Positions 1-13,137 of a stretch of 64,000 bases of DNA are shown here, piece by piece. A program made the position numbers and the translations under genes. Source of the stretch: Octopus vulgaris (Eukaryota); NCBI GenBank assembly GCA_951406725.2, contig OX597815.1, forward strand, positions 121,086,001-121,150,000, read 5' to 3'. The notes beneath the pieces were generated by a model. It was not told the origin of the DNA. It did no database searches and saw only the letters and a program-made list of their open reading frames with translations. How positions within the stretch are numbered: the first letter of the stretch is position 1; each line of letters starts with the position of its first letter.

Positions 1-646
1 TATCCCATTCATTTTCCTCATTCAGCAACCTTTCATAGTGGCGTCTCCAAGCTTCTCTCTTTGCATCCTCATTTAGCGCAAGTGAACCATCCTCCATGCG
101 AACACATTTCTCTCCTACCACATCATGATTCTCTCTCACACACTGTCTTGCAACACGAAATACCTCAAGTCTTTCATCCTCACGGCGCAGGACATTGGCA
201 AACTTTCTTTTATCTGCTTCCCCTCTGGCTAGATAGACCTGTCTCCTAGCTTCCCTTCTGGCAGTCTGATACACTTCCCTGCTACCACCGTTCTTCCAGG
301 CCTTCCAAGCCTGTTTCTTTTGTCTAATAGCCCTGTTAACAATATTGTTCCACCACCACGTTATTTTGGGTCTTAAGGGGACTTTGCACCAGCCACAGAT
401 CTGGTCAGCGGCTTTCAGCAGGTTGTCCCTCAGAAACGTCCAGTTGTCTTCTACCCCATGTGTAGCTATACCCCCTTCCACTTCGTCAAAGGCTTCAAGT
501 AACATATCTCTAAATCTCTGTCCATTCGCAGGGTCTTTAAGCTTCCAGACCCTTCTTCTCCATGTTGGTCGTCTTCTAGTCGCCCTCTTAGTCCTGATCC
601 TAAAGTCACTAACTACCAGTCTATGTTGTGGGGTGCATTCTTCGCC
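1..646 (-). mobile_element. RTE-clade LINE fragment (endonuclease end/linker), same family as 54512-57936
   Basis: Colinear with 56850-57490; minus strand reads ECTPQHRLVVSDF..WKLKDPAN..WWWN; 5' junction abuts (ATT)n; runs off the window start. Confidence 0.9.
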
Positions 647-682
647 TATTATTATTATTATTATTATCATTATTGTTATTAT

Positions 683-1216
683 TGAGTGAGCGACCACTGC
701 ATGCCATTGAAGTGACACTGGGGCAAAATATACGAAACTCAGTACACCAATCATGACTACCCATCTGATAAGGGTACACCAGGCACATGCATCACAACCA
801 CATGTGCGCAACATGGTGATCACATATCAAGATAAACAGTGCTTGACCTTGCAGGTGGGGCCCAGTTAGAGTTTTCTTCAGGTCAAGTAGCCCATCCCAC
901 TCAAAAGATCCCTGAACGAAATACCCATGCTTCCAAAGGTGAATTATCTTCACCCTAAAGAATTCCTCTCAATGCATGGCTATGATGCTCCCCAACTATT
1001 TCTGCTCATGATCAAAGATGCACATATTGCCAGCCATTAAGGGACATGCTCAACTGGTTAAGGTCAAACAACTGAGAAGCAAATCCATGGTATTGAGCAG
1101 TATATTTACTGTAGCCCATCTTTTATACGAAAACAAAACAATGTACACGATAACACTTCCAATCAGTTAAGATGTGAAGCCATGAGAACCAATGCCTGGT
1201 ATTGCATCAGGGCATT
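683..1216. mobile_element. ~530-bp non-coding interspersed repeat flanked by (ATT)n on both sides; probable non-autonomous or 3'UTR piece of a Dong/R4-type LINE
   Basis: Complex-sequence block bounded by ATT repeats, directly next to an RLE LINE end. Confidence 0.45.
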
Positions 1217-1247
1217 TATTATCATTATTATTATTATTATTATTATT

Positions 1248-1533
1248 CAGTAGTTTTATTTTTATAGCGTGCTTTCACTTCACTACCGAGCGCAGCTCTG
1301 TGTGCCTTGGGTATGTGCTGTGATTTGTTGTGATGCTCTGATGGTTATTGTATGGAAAGTGTTCTGCGTAGGATGTGTGCAGTGCCTAGTAGTGCAATCT
1401 TCTGTATGTTATATGTGTTTGTAAGTCCTGGTGTTTTTGTTATGTATTTGTCTGAATATTTTTTTATCATGCCTAATGCACCTACTATGATAGGAATTGT
1501 TTCTGTTTTCAGATTCCACATTCTAGTTACCTC
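1248..1533 (-). mobile_element. 3' end of R4/Dong-like RLE non-LTR retrotransposon inserted in (TAA)n
   Basis: Minus strand reads RMWNLKTETIPIIVGALGMIKK..IQKIALLGTAHILRRTLS, a typical RLE C-terminus, then a short 3'UTR; (ATT)n on both sides. Confidence 0.85.
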
Positions 1534-1800
1534 TTATTATTATTATCATTATTATTATAAAATAAAAAGGATTATTATTATTATTGTTGTTGTTGTTGTT
1601 ATTATTATTATTATTGTTGTTATTATTATAAAGAAAAAGATTATTATTATTATTATTATCATTATTATTATTATTATTATTAGTGCTATTGTTATTGTTG
1701 ATGCTGTTATTATTATTATTATTGTTATTATTATTGTTGTTGTTGTTATTATTATTGCTATTATTATTGTTATTATTATTACTGTCATGCTATTGTTGTT
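1534..1800. repeat. (ATT/GTT)n trinucleotide microsatellite
   Basis: Direct inspection. Confidence 0.95.
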
Positions 1801-2839
1801 GTTTCTTTTTTTTGATAAGATGATTTTGTTCTTCTGTTTATGGATTATATCGTGTCAATTTTTTCAAAGATTGGATTCTTATTTATGTGTCACATTCTGC
1901 AAAATTATTACAAAGAATTGTGAGAAGCTTGTTTTCCTTTCCTTTTCTACCGTGTTTAAGCAAAAAAAGCCTTATTGGAACACTTCTTAAAGCTTTTTTC
2001 ACTTAGTAATGCTTCAATGTGGGGTAGTAGGAAGTGATGCTGATCACAGTAATGGTAGTGACGATATAAACAAATTTGCCACCCAGCCAAACATTTGCAA
2101 AAAGAAAAAACAAAAACAAAAACAAAAACATTAGCAGAAATCTATTTTTTTAAAAAAGATAACAAATAAGAAGGCTAACAACACTGAACAAACAGATACA
2201 CAGAGAAAATAGAGAGCTGTGGCAGATAAGGCAGATAACTGTAATAACATTGACTTAAATATTTGATGCAAAAAGGCAAATAACAAACAACACACACACA
2301 CACGTGTGTGTGTGTGTGTGTGCATGTATATATATACTTTGTCAATTGAACAAAATGGAAATTTGGGAGAAGGATCAGTTTTGTCTTTTAAAAAAATAAC
2401 TTCTGAGAGATTAGCTACAAACATGGAATATCTATAAAAAAAAAAAAAAAAAAAACTGCTCAGTAGCTTTATATAACAAAAACAGGTGCATTTTACCTGA
2501 AATTATCATGCAGGTTTGAGAGAAAAGGTAGTTGATTGCTCAAATTTCTGTATACCCTATAAAGAACAATTTGGGCAACCAAATTCATGGAACCTGATGT
2601 ACATCAAGTAAGGAAGGGGTACGGCAAAATATGTAATGTTTTTAAAAGTGATAATAGGAAAAAGAGATAATCTTATTTAGTACTAGCATTATGATCTGTC
2701 ATTACCGGGTCATAGTGCTAGTGCATGTATATATGTGTACATATTACATGTACATCTATATATATACATCTACACATAAAATACAAAATACAAAGTTATA
2801 TCTTGATATCGCTAGTGATAACAATACTCAAAATATATA

Positions 2840-3600
2840 ACAGACTGGAATTGTAGGCCCGTCTCTTGCAATTTTGATCAATTGTATCTTGTCCTCCCTC
2901 TTGTATAGAAGTGCGGCTACAATCCAGCCAACCTCTTCTTCTGGGGGGACATTTTTAATTTTTATCTGGAACGTCCTATGTCCCAGATATAAAGGTAAAA
3001 ATAAAATATTTCCACTTTGCAAGGTTCGAGTCGAGTACTCCCTTGCACACTCCGTTGACTTGAACTTTGCTTCTATTGTGGCGAATTTACCGCCTCTGGT
3101 TAGATACTTGATATCTTTCATAGTCACACCAAGACACTTTTCGATGCTGCTTTCCTCCAGGTGTTCAGATCTTTTTTTTTTCTCTACATTGTATACTTTA
3201 TAGACAATAGTCTTTTCTGTAATTTAATTTTTTATTTCGTTTGGTGGTGTTATCCTAGATTTACCGTCTTTGTCGGTGATCAATCCAAAATAGGTTTTTA
3301 TTTCTTCCATTTTAATTTTAATGAGTTTGCACCTGCCGATGGCTGCAGCGAAATTTATTTTGGGACTTTCTTCTATCGAAGGCATTTTAACAAAAATGCT
3401 TCCGTATAAACGGTGAAAATATTGTCAAAATTGAATTGTGTCCCCAAACAGGGACACAATTCAATTTTTAAACAATAACCAAAGCTCCTTTTCCCAAAGG
3501 GGGAGGGTTACAGTTTACAATTATTTAACAAATGCAACACGTTTCCCTTTCGAGGAACCAACAAACATGATAACAATAGTTAAACAGTAATAATAATAAC
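2840..3600 (-). mobile_element. 5' end (5'UTR plus ORF1) of a Tx1/L1-like LINE, pseudogenised
   Basis: ATG at 3385: MPSIEESPKINFAAAIG..(one stop)..KFATIEAKF..FQIKIKNVPPEEEVGWIVAALL, resembling the RRM-type ORF1 of Tx1/L1; CpGs retained. Confidence 0.55.
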
Positions 3601-5189
3601 AACAAACCTCATGGTGAATCAAAAAGCAGTATGCAGTTGAAGCTATAGTCCTTTATGTATAAGAAATAAACCAACAGCAGTACTCAGTGGAAGCAGCTGT
3701 TCAAGAAAACAGACATTACATACAGCCAAACTTCATATAGATACTTAATGCTAGCTAATTAGCAGATAATTTAATGTAAAAGCTGTGGTAAAAGGTATGT
3801 GCACAGCTCCATCTGGACTATTCCATTTCTGCACACACACAGACAGGCAGACAGGCACACATTCTCAGTTTTATACATATAGAGATGTCTGACATCTGCC
3901 TGCAGATAAATCCCACAGAAATGAAAGAACATATAAGTTGCCACAAAAGTCATCAGTGAGGCACTGACCTCTGGCTCACAGTTATATTCTTAGCACAATA
4001 TGAGCTTGTGGTCAATATTGATATGATTTTTGATGATATATGGTTGAGGGAAATTTCTACAGACACACAAATTATCATGACTTCCACAAGACAGACCATA
4101 AAACATGCAACAGTCAAGTCATTTAGATTTTTCTTCCCCAAAGAGCTGGGAAAGTTAAAACAAAATAAGAAATGTATGTTGCCACGGTGACCATTCCCAG
4201 AGCACAACAAGATGCAGTGCCTGAAGCATCAAGGAGCATTGCCCCATTCTTAGTTCCAGAAAAACCAAAGGATACCTTTCCCAATCATAACCAGTAGTGC
4301 TATTACATCATCTTATGGTAAGGAAGAGATGGAAAGCAAGGCGGAGTGGAAGACTGTTGAACACAGTAGGAAGGGTACATAGAGAAGGAGTACCTAAAGA
4401 ATAAAGACACAAAACACTCCAAGACAATGTAAGCAAAAAGTATAAGAAGCTGAAAGCATCAGTAAACTGGGGGAAGGTAAAGGGAATAGCAATGCTTTGA
4501 TTGAGGAAGAGTTGTACCCCAATTTTATGAACCAACCAAATGATAGCCTGCTACACAACCAGTATAACAGTTTATACAACTGTAAACTAACAACCAGTTT
4601 ATGAACTTCTGTACAATTTTGTATAGGATGAGGGATTGTTTTTCTAGATGAACACCAAAGATATTCACAGGTACCTTTGAATTATAGCAATTTTGAAGCT
4701 TTCTGGAAGACCAGTATTGTGGGGGTACCAATGTTGTGGGATACCAGTATTGTGAGCGACTCTGGGCCAACCTAGCTGATGCATATTAACCCATGTATGG
4801 GTAGGTAACTTTAAATGTTTACTTTTTTCATTATTGTTTACATTCATATCTTGTTTTAATTATTGCACATTTTAACCATTTTTATGTCAATTTTTAATAC
4901 ATTCATTATATAATGCTATTAATTCACTTGTTTTTTTTTGTATAACTATGTGCTGTCTCATCCTATGTATGATACATTGTTAAGTCATGCTTTTGATTTT
5001 ATTGTATGTATATTTAAGGCATTGTGGCTCATAAAACATATACTAATAAACGGTATCTGTAAAGGAATTACTCTTATCTATAAGTTGAAGGTCTACTGTG
5101 CAGTTGTTCTCTCTCAAAACTTCTTTATACTTGTGAGTTGTGAACACTTAATAAAAGGCATCTCAACTATTTCTACATGAGAATCACTG

Positions 5190-5830
5190 CAGCATCTGGC
5201 ATATCTGCTGGCAGAGCACAAACCTTGACACTGAGATGCTTGAAACAAGATTTTTTGCACCAATGATTATTATGATAAATGAGAATTTATCATCAGGATT
5301 GGAGAGCTGCAGGGTTTGAAGTATTTGTCCTTAAATATTCTCCTTCTTGCTGATTTTGGTACAGATGTTCACATCTGCAGAGTAGCTAACTTCTATCGCT
5401 GAACATAACTTTTCTTTTCAATCCCGAATGACAATATCAGGCCTTGCACTTGGTAGAAGTTTTGATAGGAACATTCTATTAATATTCCTTTTGTTGATAT
5501 GTATTTGACAGCAGAAATGTTGCTTGTATTTAACCCAGGGAAGGCTTTTCTGCAGCTGGCATTGTATGTAGATTTAGCAAGAAAATCATGTCACAATGGG
5601 AAGTAGTAACCACCATGATATTTTTTTGCCGCTGCTGATTGCATTTTATGTCTCCCACAGAAGAGTGACATAATTGGCATTTGCAGATGCATCTTGGGAG
5701 TTTAGGGGCTTTACTGCTCTGTTTGTTCATTAATTATTTTGTAGCTATCTCCTGCTTTTGGATTGCAAAGGCATGGCCTTTGGGGTGTGACATGATGCAA
5801 AGGGGTCACGAATTCAAGAAAGGCTGCATG
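5190..5830 (-). mobile_element. Old RLE LINE relic (zinc knuckle plus PD-(D/E)xK endonuclease)
   Basis: Degenerate AFAIQKQEIATK, CQLC, NVPIKTSTKC.RPDIVI, EVSYSADVN; homologous to 34817-35422. Confidence 0.75.
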
Positions 5831-6412
5831 CATTCCTTTGCATGTGGAAATCTGTAAGTTTCAGCTTATGTATGTGAACATTAATGTTTATGTACCTCTA
5901 TATGTAATCATGCACATATTACAGGTTAATTCAGGAATATTTTACATGTTTTTCCATTTATTTTAATGGATTGTAATAATAATTTTCTTATTAGTCATGT
6001 TCTTCCTGGTTTTGTAATTCCCAGTTTCTCAAACTGCTATATAAACACGTACCCCCAAAATTACAGATATAAAATATATAGTGTTATAGTTCAGGTGTAG
6101 TAACTGAAGATTTCTCATTAGTTCACCAACTTGTATGCATGTGTGCAAATATGTGCATGTGTAAGCATGCAGGTATGTAAATGTATAGATATGTATTTAT
6201 GTGTATATATGCAACTATGTATGCATGCACTTATGTGTGTGTATGAGTATGCAGGTATCTATATATATGCCTTCATGCACACATGCAAGTATCTATATGT
6301 GTGTATGTATTTGTGAGTATATTTATATATATAAATGTGTGTTGTTTTGTGTGTGTGTGTGTGTGTTTGTATGTGTGTATATGTGTGAGTGTGGGTAGGT
6401 GTGATTGTGTGT

Positions 6413-6470
<58 letters not shown>

Positions 6471-7094
6471 ATGTGTGTGTACATCTACAGTCAGAAGAAC
6501 TTACAGTCTTATCTGAAAGTGAGAAGAACGTCAAGTTTGGTTCCTCTAAATTGCAGTGGTTACGTGACTGCTTGTGAAAACTGTTTACTTATTCAGAATG
6601 TTAAATTGATTTGCACAGGAAAACCAACTGCTCCAAAGCTAAAAGAAATTCTTCACCTTAGAAACATTTTGTTGTGTAATATTTTAACTCAAAAGGCCTT
6701 GAAATATTACAACCCAAGTACTCAAACATTGTCAATAGCTACACAAAATAGGTACAACTAATGAGGAAGACACCTACATGGTTGTTCAGTCTACCAGAAA
6801 TGACACCCAAACTTTTCTCTTCTGATACTCTACTATATTTAAGAAGTCAAGAATAATACATTAGGTAATGCAGTCCTAGGTACATCATAATCATCATCCA
6901 CATTTCTCTGCTTGCTGGGCTTGGATGGAAATCATTGAGGCAGATTTCTTATGGTTTGGTGCCCCTTCTTATCTTCAACCTGAACCCCAGCAAGGTAATA
7001 TTTCCCCATGACAGTACATGTTTTCATGGAAGTTTGAAAATGAAGGACATCACTTGTATAATGGTTTGCTTGTTTACAACTCAAAGGGTAAAAA

Positions 7095-7417
7095 GTAAAA
7101 ACCCCCTTCAGTCATAAATGTCCATGGGATTGCATCTAGAAAGTTCCCCTCCGAGGCACAAGTCTGAGCAAGGTTGTTTATGGAAGACCAGCAGTCGCCC
7201 ATGTATACCAGCCTCCCCTTTCCATACCACTGGTGTTATCCAAAGGCTGATACAGCTTGGTACCAGTGATGTTGCAATTTATTTCGACAGCTGAGTGAAC
7301 TGAAGTAATGTGAAATAAAGTGTCTTGCTCAAGAATGCAACACAACCTGGTCCAGGAATCGAGCTCACTATCTCATGATTGTGAACTCGATGCTCTAAAC
7401 ACTGAGCCATGTGCCTT
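7095..7417 (-). mobile_element. tRNA-derived SINE (family C) with RTE-like tail
   Basis: Minus strand starts GGCACATGGCTCAGTG..AGAGC (A box) and GCTCGATTCC (B box); related copies at ~19800-19920 and ~19960-20170. Confidence 0.65.
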
Positions 7418-8069
7418 CACATAACTCTCACATAACATAAAGACAAAGAGATACAAACATACACACACACATATACATACACATGCACATGTTGTAATAT
7501 GCATTCATATATAAATAAAGATATACCCATATATTCCTTTATCCTTTTACTTGTTTCAGTCATTAGATGGTGGCTAGGCTGGAGCACCACCATGAACAAC
7601 TTTAGTCAAATCAATCGACCACAGTACTTTTATATTTTTTTAAACCGAGTACTTATTCTATTGGTCTCTTTTGCTGAACTGCTAAATTGTGGGGATGTAA
7701 AGACACCAACACCTGTTGTCAAATGGTGTTGGGACACACACACGAACATATGTGTGTGTGGGTGTGTGTATGTACAATGGCCTTCTTTCAGTTTCTGTCT
7801 ACCAAATCCAATCACAGGGTTTTGGCAGAAACCACATTTTTTGCAGCGGCTGCTGACCAGTTATGCTTATCCGCCTCTGACAATATACAGCAATCACCAT
7901 ATTCCCTTCCATATTGGCTACCTCTGATGAGTGTAATTGTATAATTGGATTGTTACCTAACATTCAATTGTATTTTTGCACAAAACCGATTGGTAAGACC
8001 AGCCATGAGGAATACTTAATGCTATAAAATTTGGTTAATACACACACACACACACACACACATACACAT

Positions 8070-8128
<59 letters not shown>

Positions 8129-8491
8129 ATACATACATACATACATACATACATACATGCTCATATGCTTGCAGGTGTGCATGTTTTTACAGTCTCCATC
8201 TACAAAATCCACTTATAAGGTTTTGGTCAGTCTGGAGACTATAGCTGAAGACATTTGCCCAAGATCCTACACAGTCGGATTGAACCCAAAACCACGTGGT
8301 TGGCAAGTAAATTACTTAACCACATTGCTATGCCTGCATCTATAGCCATGCTTGTATCAAAGCAGAGGGAAAAAAACCCCACTAAAACAAAGCCATCAAA
8401 ACTGGAATACCTGGAGATAATAAGCTACTCTAAAAGCTCTGTCAAGTGGACAGTATTTTAAAATGTCAATTAATAATAGTTAACCTTTAAA

Positions 8492-8700
8492 TCGGTGAGC
8501 TGGCAGAATTGTTAGCATACCAGGCAAAATACTAAGCAATATTTTGTTTGTCTTTATGTTCTGAGCTCAAATTCCACCAAAGTCAACTTTGCCTTTCACC
8601 CTTTCGAGATCGATATAATAGGTAACAGTTGAGCATTGGGGCCAATGTTATCAACTTACTCTCTCCCTAAAAGTTGTTGAACTTGTGCTATAATTTGAAA
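8492..8700 (+). mobile_element. tRNA-SINE family A, CpG-decayed copy
   Basis: GGTGAGCTGGCAGAA..GAGCTCAAATTCC..GCCTTTCACCCTTTCGAG; matches the 46591 copy. Confidence 0.8.
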
Positions 8701-9039
8701 GTAATAATAGCTAACCCTAAATGACTTATACTAACATATGAGCAGCTTAGAACTTCAGATATCTACAAAACTCAAGCTACTTAACCTCCATATTTTTTAT
8801 AATTATGGCATTTGGTCTTTTCACATTATTAAAGAATATGTAAATTAGTCTCAATGAGAAGCAGTATAATTATGTAGATAACTTTTGTTACTTATTTACT
8901 TTCCAATATTCACTGAATTTTATGAATTTATGAATGTTTACTGAGAGGAAACCTTTTTTTTTATATTTCATCGGCAGACACAGGTATGCTTTGGAACTAT
9001 GCAGTTTCAGGTTTGCTCCCACAATGCAGCACCTGAGTA

Positions 9040-9220
9040 ACACAAGGGGCTAAACACAGAGGGGACAAACAAGGACAGACAAAGGGATTAAGTCAATAAC
9101 ATCGACCCCAGTGCGTAACTGGTACTTAATTTATCAACCCCGAAATTTGAACTTGGAACGTAATGACGAAATACGGCTACGCATTTCGTCCAGCGGGCTA
9201 ACGTTTCTGCCAGCTTGCCA
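9040..9220 (-). mobile_element. tRNA-SINE family A, partial
   Basis: Reverse-complement match to 46591-46825. Confidence 0.8.
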
Positions 9221-9254
9221 CTTTACTGTCTTCTGTTATAGTAATGGTCTAATC

Positions 9255-9555
9255 CAGTGCTACTCAAAGTGGTGGTATGCGGACCGATACCAGTCCATGA
9301 GCCATTGGCTGCCAGTATGTGGCAAGTTACTAGAAAAGAAAGAAATATTATAAAATGTTTATAAAATTCTTATATGATATTGTATTATTTGTTTACAAAA
9401 TAAATATAAGATTTAAAAAATTTGTCAACTTTTATTATATCCATTATATATATTGTTTCCAGTATAAATTGATATTACTAAGAAATATTACTGGTCCCTG
9501 GCACATTGGAAAAAATACTGCCAGTACGCCACACCAGATAGTTTGAGAAGCACTG
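9255..9555. mobile_element. hAT/Charlie-type MITE
   Basis: TIRs CAGTGCTACTCAAA / TTTGAGAAGCACTG; 8-bp TSD GTCTAATC / GTCTAACC. Confidence 0.85.
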
Positions 9556-10694
9556 GTCTAACCAATATCTTGTGAATGAATTTAGTAGATGAAACTGTGA
9601 GAAGCTTGTCATGTGTGTGTGGGGGGTGTTTATGTGTGTATGTGTGTGTGTAAATGTATGTGATTGTGTATGTGAATGTGTACATATGTGTTTGTGTTTG
9701 CTTGTATACATGTGTATATATATGTGTGTGTCTTCAGTTTTGTGTTTGTCACTGCCAATGCTTGACAACAAGTATTGCTTTGTTTACATCCTTGTGACTT
9801 AGTGGTTCAACTAATAAGCAAAATAAAATAAGTACCAAACTTAAAATAAATGCTGGAGTCAATTTGTTCATCTTAGCTTTGTAAAATGGTGCTCCAGTAT
9901 GGTCACAACAGTCCAATGACTGAAACAAGCAAAAGCATAAAAGATTAGTGTGTCTGTTATAAACAGAAATTAATATATACAAATTTAATTTTATGCATCT
10001 ACACATTTAAATGCAGATCTATGTATTAATCACAAACAAATTAACATATCAAAAGGAAAAAAGATACCCATCTTCCCATACGCAATTGACCAACAAGATA
10101 TAAACATATGTTCAGAAATCTATATGTGAAAATTATTAATAACATTAGCATATGAAAACAATACAGTATTCCCTAAACTAATATATTTCCTGCTACCTAA
10201 GGAAGATCTACTCTGTGTAAATAAATAAAAAGTACTGTAAAGAGTCAGGTTTAAAAGTTGCTTGAGTGTCAGATACCATACTTCACAGTATTTCTCCTGA
10301 ATCTCTATGATATGAGTTCAAATCCTGCTGAGGTCAACTCTGTTATTTATCCTTTCAAGGTTGCTAAAACATACCAAAGTGGTATGATGAATTGGTAGAA
10401 CTGTTCAAATATTGAGTCAAATGCTTTTCAGTAGATATTCCAGCTCTTTTCACTCTGAGTTCAAATCTTACTGGAGTCAACTTATTTATCTCTTCAGGAT
10501 TAAATAAACAAATCAATCCAGTGTTTGATTAGTCAAACTGTAAAATCACTGGATATGTTCCAGTTCTTTGAATTCTGAGTTCAAATTTTGCCAGGGTATA
10601 CTTGAATGGTACACTTAATCCATTGCCTGGTTTAGGACTTGGTACTTTGAATGCTTTTATTTTAGTAATCACCACAAAGTCCAGTCTATGTTGT

Positions 10695-11005
10695 AGTGTC
10701 ATGGCTTGTGTACTTCAATGACCTTAAGAGTAATGCCAGTTGAGTGCCAGCTCCTGATGGGGGCCTTCCATCCTAGACAGGTCAAAGGATAGATGTCAGA
10801 CTAATATGGACCACCTCTTTGCAGAAGGAAAATTAGATTTGTGTAGGACTGACAGCCCTACCTTGTAAAAAGCAAAGTTACAGAAGTATTAATGACAAGT
10901 GAAACCGGCAAGACCTGGGAGAGGAAAGACAGCCCAGAATCAAGAGCAGTAGTGAAATTTTGTCCATGGCTTATGCTCAACAGGGAGCAAAAGGCTTAAA
11001 TGACT
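10695..11005 (+). mobile_element. Internally deleted non-autonomous RTE derivative (5'UTR joined to 3' end)
   Basis: ATGACCTTAAGAG..AGACAGGTCAAAGGATAGATGTCAGACTAA resembles Expander/Rex3-type RTE 5'UTRs; ends with an RTE-like GGCTTATGCTC..AGGCTTAA. Confidence 0.55.
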
Positions 11006-11605
11006 ACTGTTGTTAGTATTCAGGACAGGTTTCCAGTTTAAAAAATACCTTCTTCCCTCCCTCCTACCAGTTACAGAGGCTGTCTAAAGGGTCATGATCA
11101 CTGCCATCCTTTCCTGACTAAAAGATAAAGAGAAATGAGCAGTGTTTAAATCAATCATTTAAAAGAATCTTACCACTATAGAGTTCTGAATTTTTTCTTT
11201 TCCTTCCATAACTCATGCATCAAATTTCTTCATGCTTCAAAGATAAATCAATGGTGTTCATATCTGCCAGCAAACATATGTAAAAGGACATTGTCACCTT
11301 CCAGCTTAGGGAATGTATTGATAACTTTGTAACATAACTCTTTGAATCAACTAAACAATGAGATTTTCAATACTTTAATCTATACCTTATCAACAGTGCC
11401 ATCTTTTCTTTCCCTTCATTTAGTAGGTGTTTAATGATTTGTCATGTCAACAAACATTCTTTAAGGAGATCTATTTTGAAAGAGTATACTTCCCACTGTG
11501 CTGTACTTTGAGTAAGTATCTTTTATGATAAGCTTGGGTCAACTAATGCCTTGTGAGTGAATTTCGTAGATGGAAACTGTGTAGAAGCCTGTCATATATG
11601 TGTGC

Positions 11606-11675
<70 letters not shown>

Positions 11676-11696
11676 ATATATATATATATACATACA

Positions 11697-11769
<73 letters not shown>

Positions 11770-12877
11770 CATAGTTAGAGGTTGGAATAATGATTTGAGG
11801 GATAAAAATATCCATTTTACTACCAGTATAATTACTTATGTTAACCCTGGGCATACATATGCAAGCATATTATACTCATAGGATACAGGCAATGACAAAG
11901 ATAAACATGAGTTTATCAGGAATCAAATTTAAATTAAGCAGAAAAGGGAGAAATCTTGATCAACAACAATTGACTAACATTGATTATTATTTTTTAATAC
12001 AAAACTTTATCCAATCTAACAGCCATTTCTGCTTCCAATGTCCAACGGTGTTGTCATTGAAAATTCTGAGAATAATATTTGTCATATTTTGTAACACATC
12101 CAATCTGGAACATGGAACTTTACCAGAGTGAATAAAAATACACAAATACACTCCTGCACCTATATACTCCTGTGCCTATATATATGTATGTGTATGTATG
12201 TGTGTATACATGTATATGTGTGTGTATATATAAATATATACATATATACATACATATGTATATATATGTATATATTCACTAATGAATTAAAAGCAGCATT
12301 AGTGATGTAAGCATTATCAATCGCACATACTCAATATATATATATTTTGGTTGTTCACCAGATTCACTGTGGGGGAGCACTTGGGGAGAACTCTCTTATA
12401 ACCCTGTGTGTTAAAACACCTGAAAGTCATAGACAGGGAACACAATTCAACCTAGATTGAATTCAGGAGTGCAGGATACTGATATTTTACCATTTTTGTG
12501 TCTTATCAACATCACATACCTTAATCAAACAGGAGACAAATAGAACCACCAATGTATGACTATATATAAAAAAATATTTGATGATGTGCCATGGTGATGA
12601 ACATGTAAGATTAAGTTCAATAATGTACACTATCGGTTGTACATACACAATGTGTATTTTGTTAGTTTGCCAGATTTGCTGCGGGATAGCATAATGCCTT
12701 TTTAACTATTTAACTTGATCTCTATCTGAAATTAACAACTTCAGGTCAGTTTGAGAAGGCAACGACTAAAAGGAGCAACTATTTACATTTCTTCTTGTCA
12801 ACTTTACAATTTGGATTACATTAGTTTTGACCAAGCATATAAAAGCCTATAAGCAAATCAACATCTTGTGATTTACA

Positions 12878-13093
12878 AGGCAGTGAGCTGGCAGAATCAT
12901 TAGTATGCCGAGCAAAATGTTTAGCGGTATCTCGTCTGTCTTTACGTTCTGAGTTCAAATTCTGCTGAAGCCGACTTTGCCTTTCATCCTCTCAGGGTCG
13001 ATAAATTAAGTACCCGTTGCGTACTGGTGTCGATTTAGTCAACTGGCCTCCTCCCCAAAAATGTCAGTCCTTGTGCCTAGAGTAGAAAAGAAT
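12878..13093 (+). mobile_element. tRNA-SINE family A
   Basis: Full head, core and tail match to the 46591-47210 copies. Confidence 0.85.
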
Positions 13094-13137
13094 ATCTTGT
13101 GATTTACTTTCTAATTTTTCCAGTATATTTTGTAAAC

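Noticed and set aside
1352-1990. 212-aa hydrophobic ORF, and the many poly-I, poly-H, poly-M, YI/HT/CV ORFs across the window
   Set aside because: Translations of microsatellites or the antisense strand of LINE relics
5745-5853. Plus-strand exon with good AG/GT sites and an open frame
   Set aside because: It is the antisense of the RLE LINE relic (AFAIQKQEIATK); exonisation cannot be supported without RNA data
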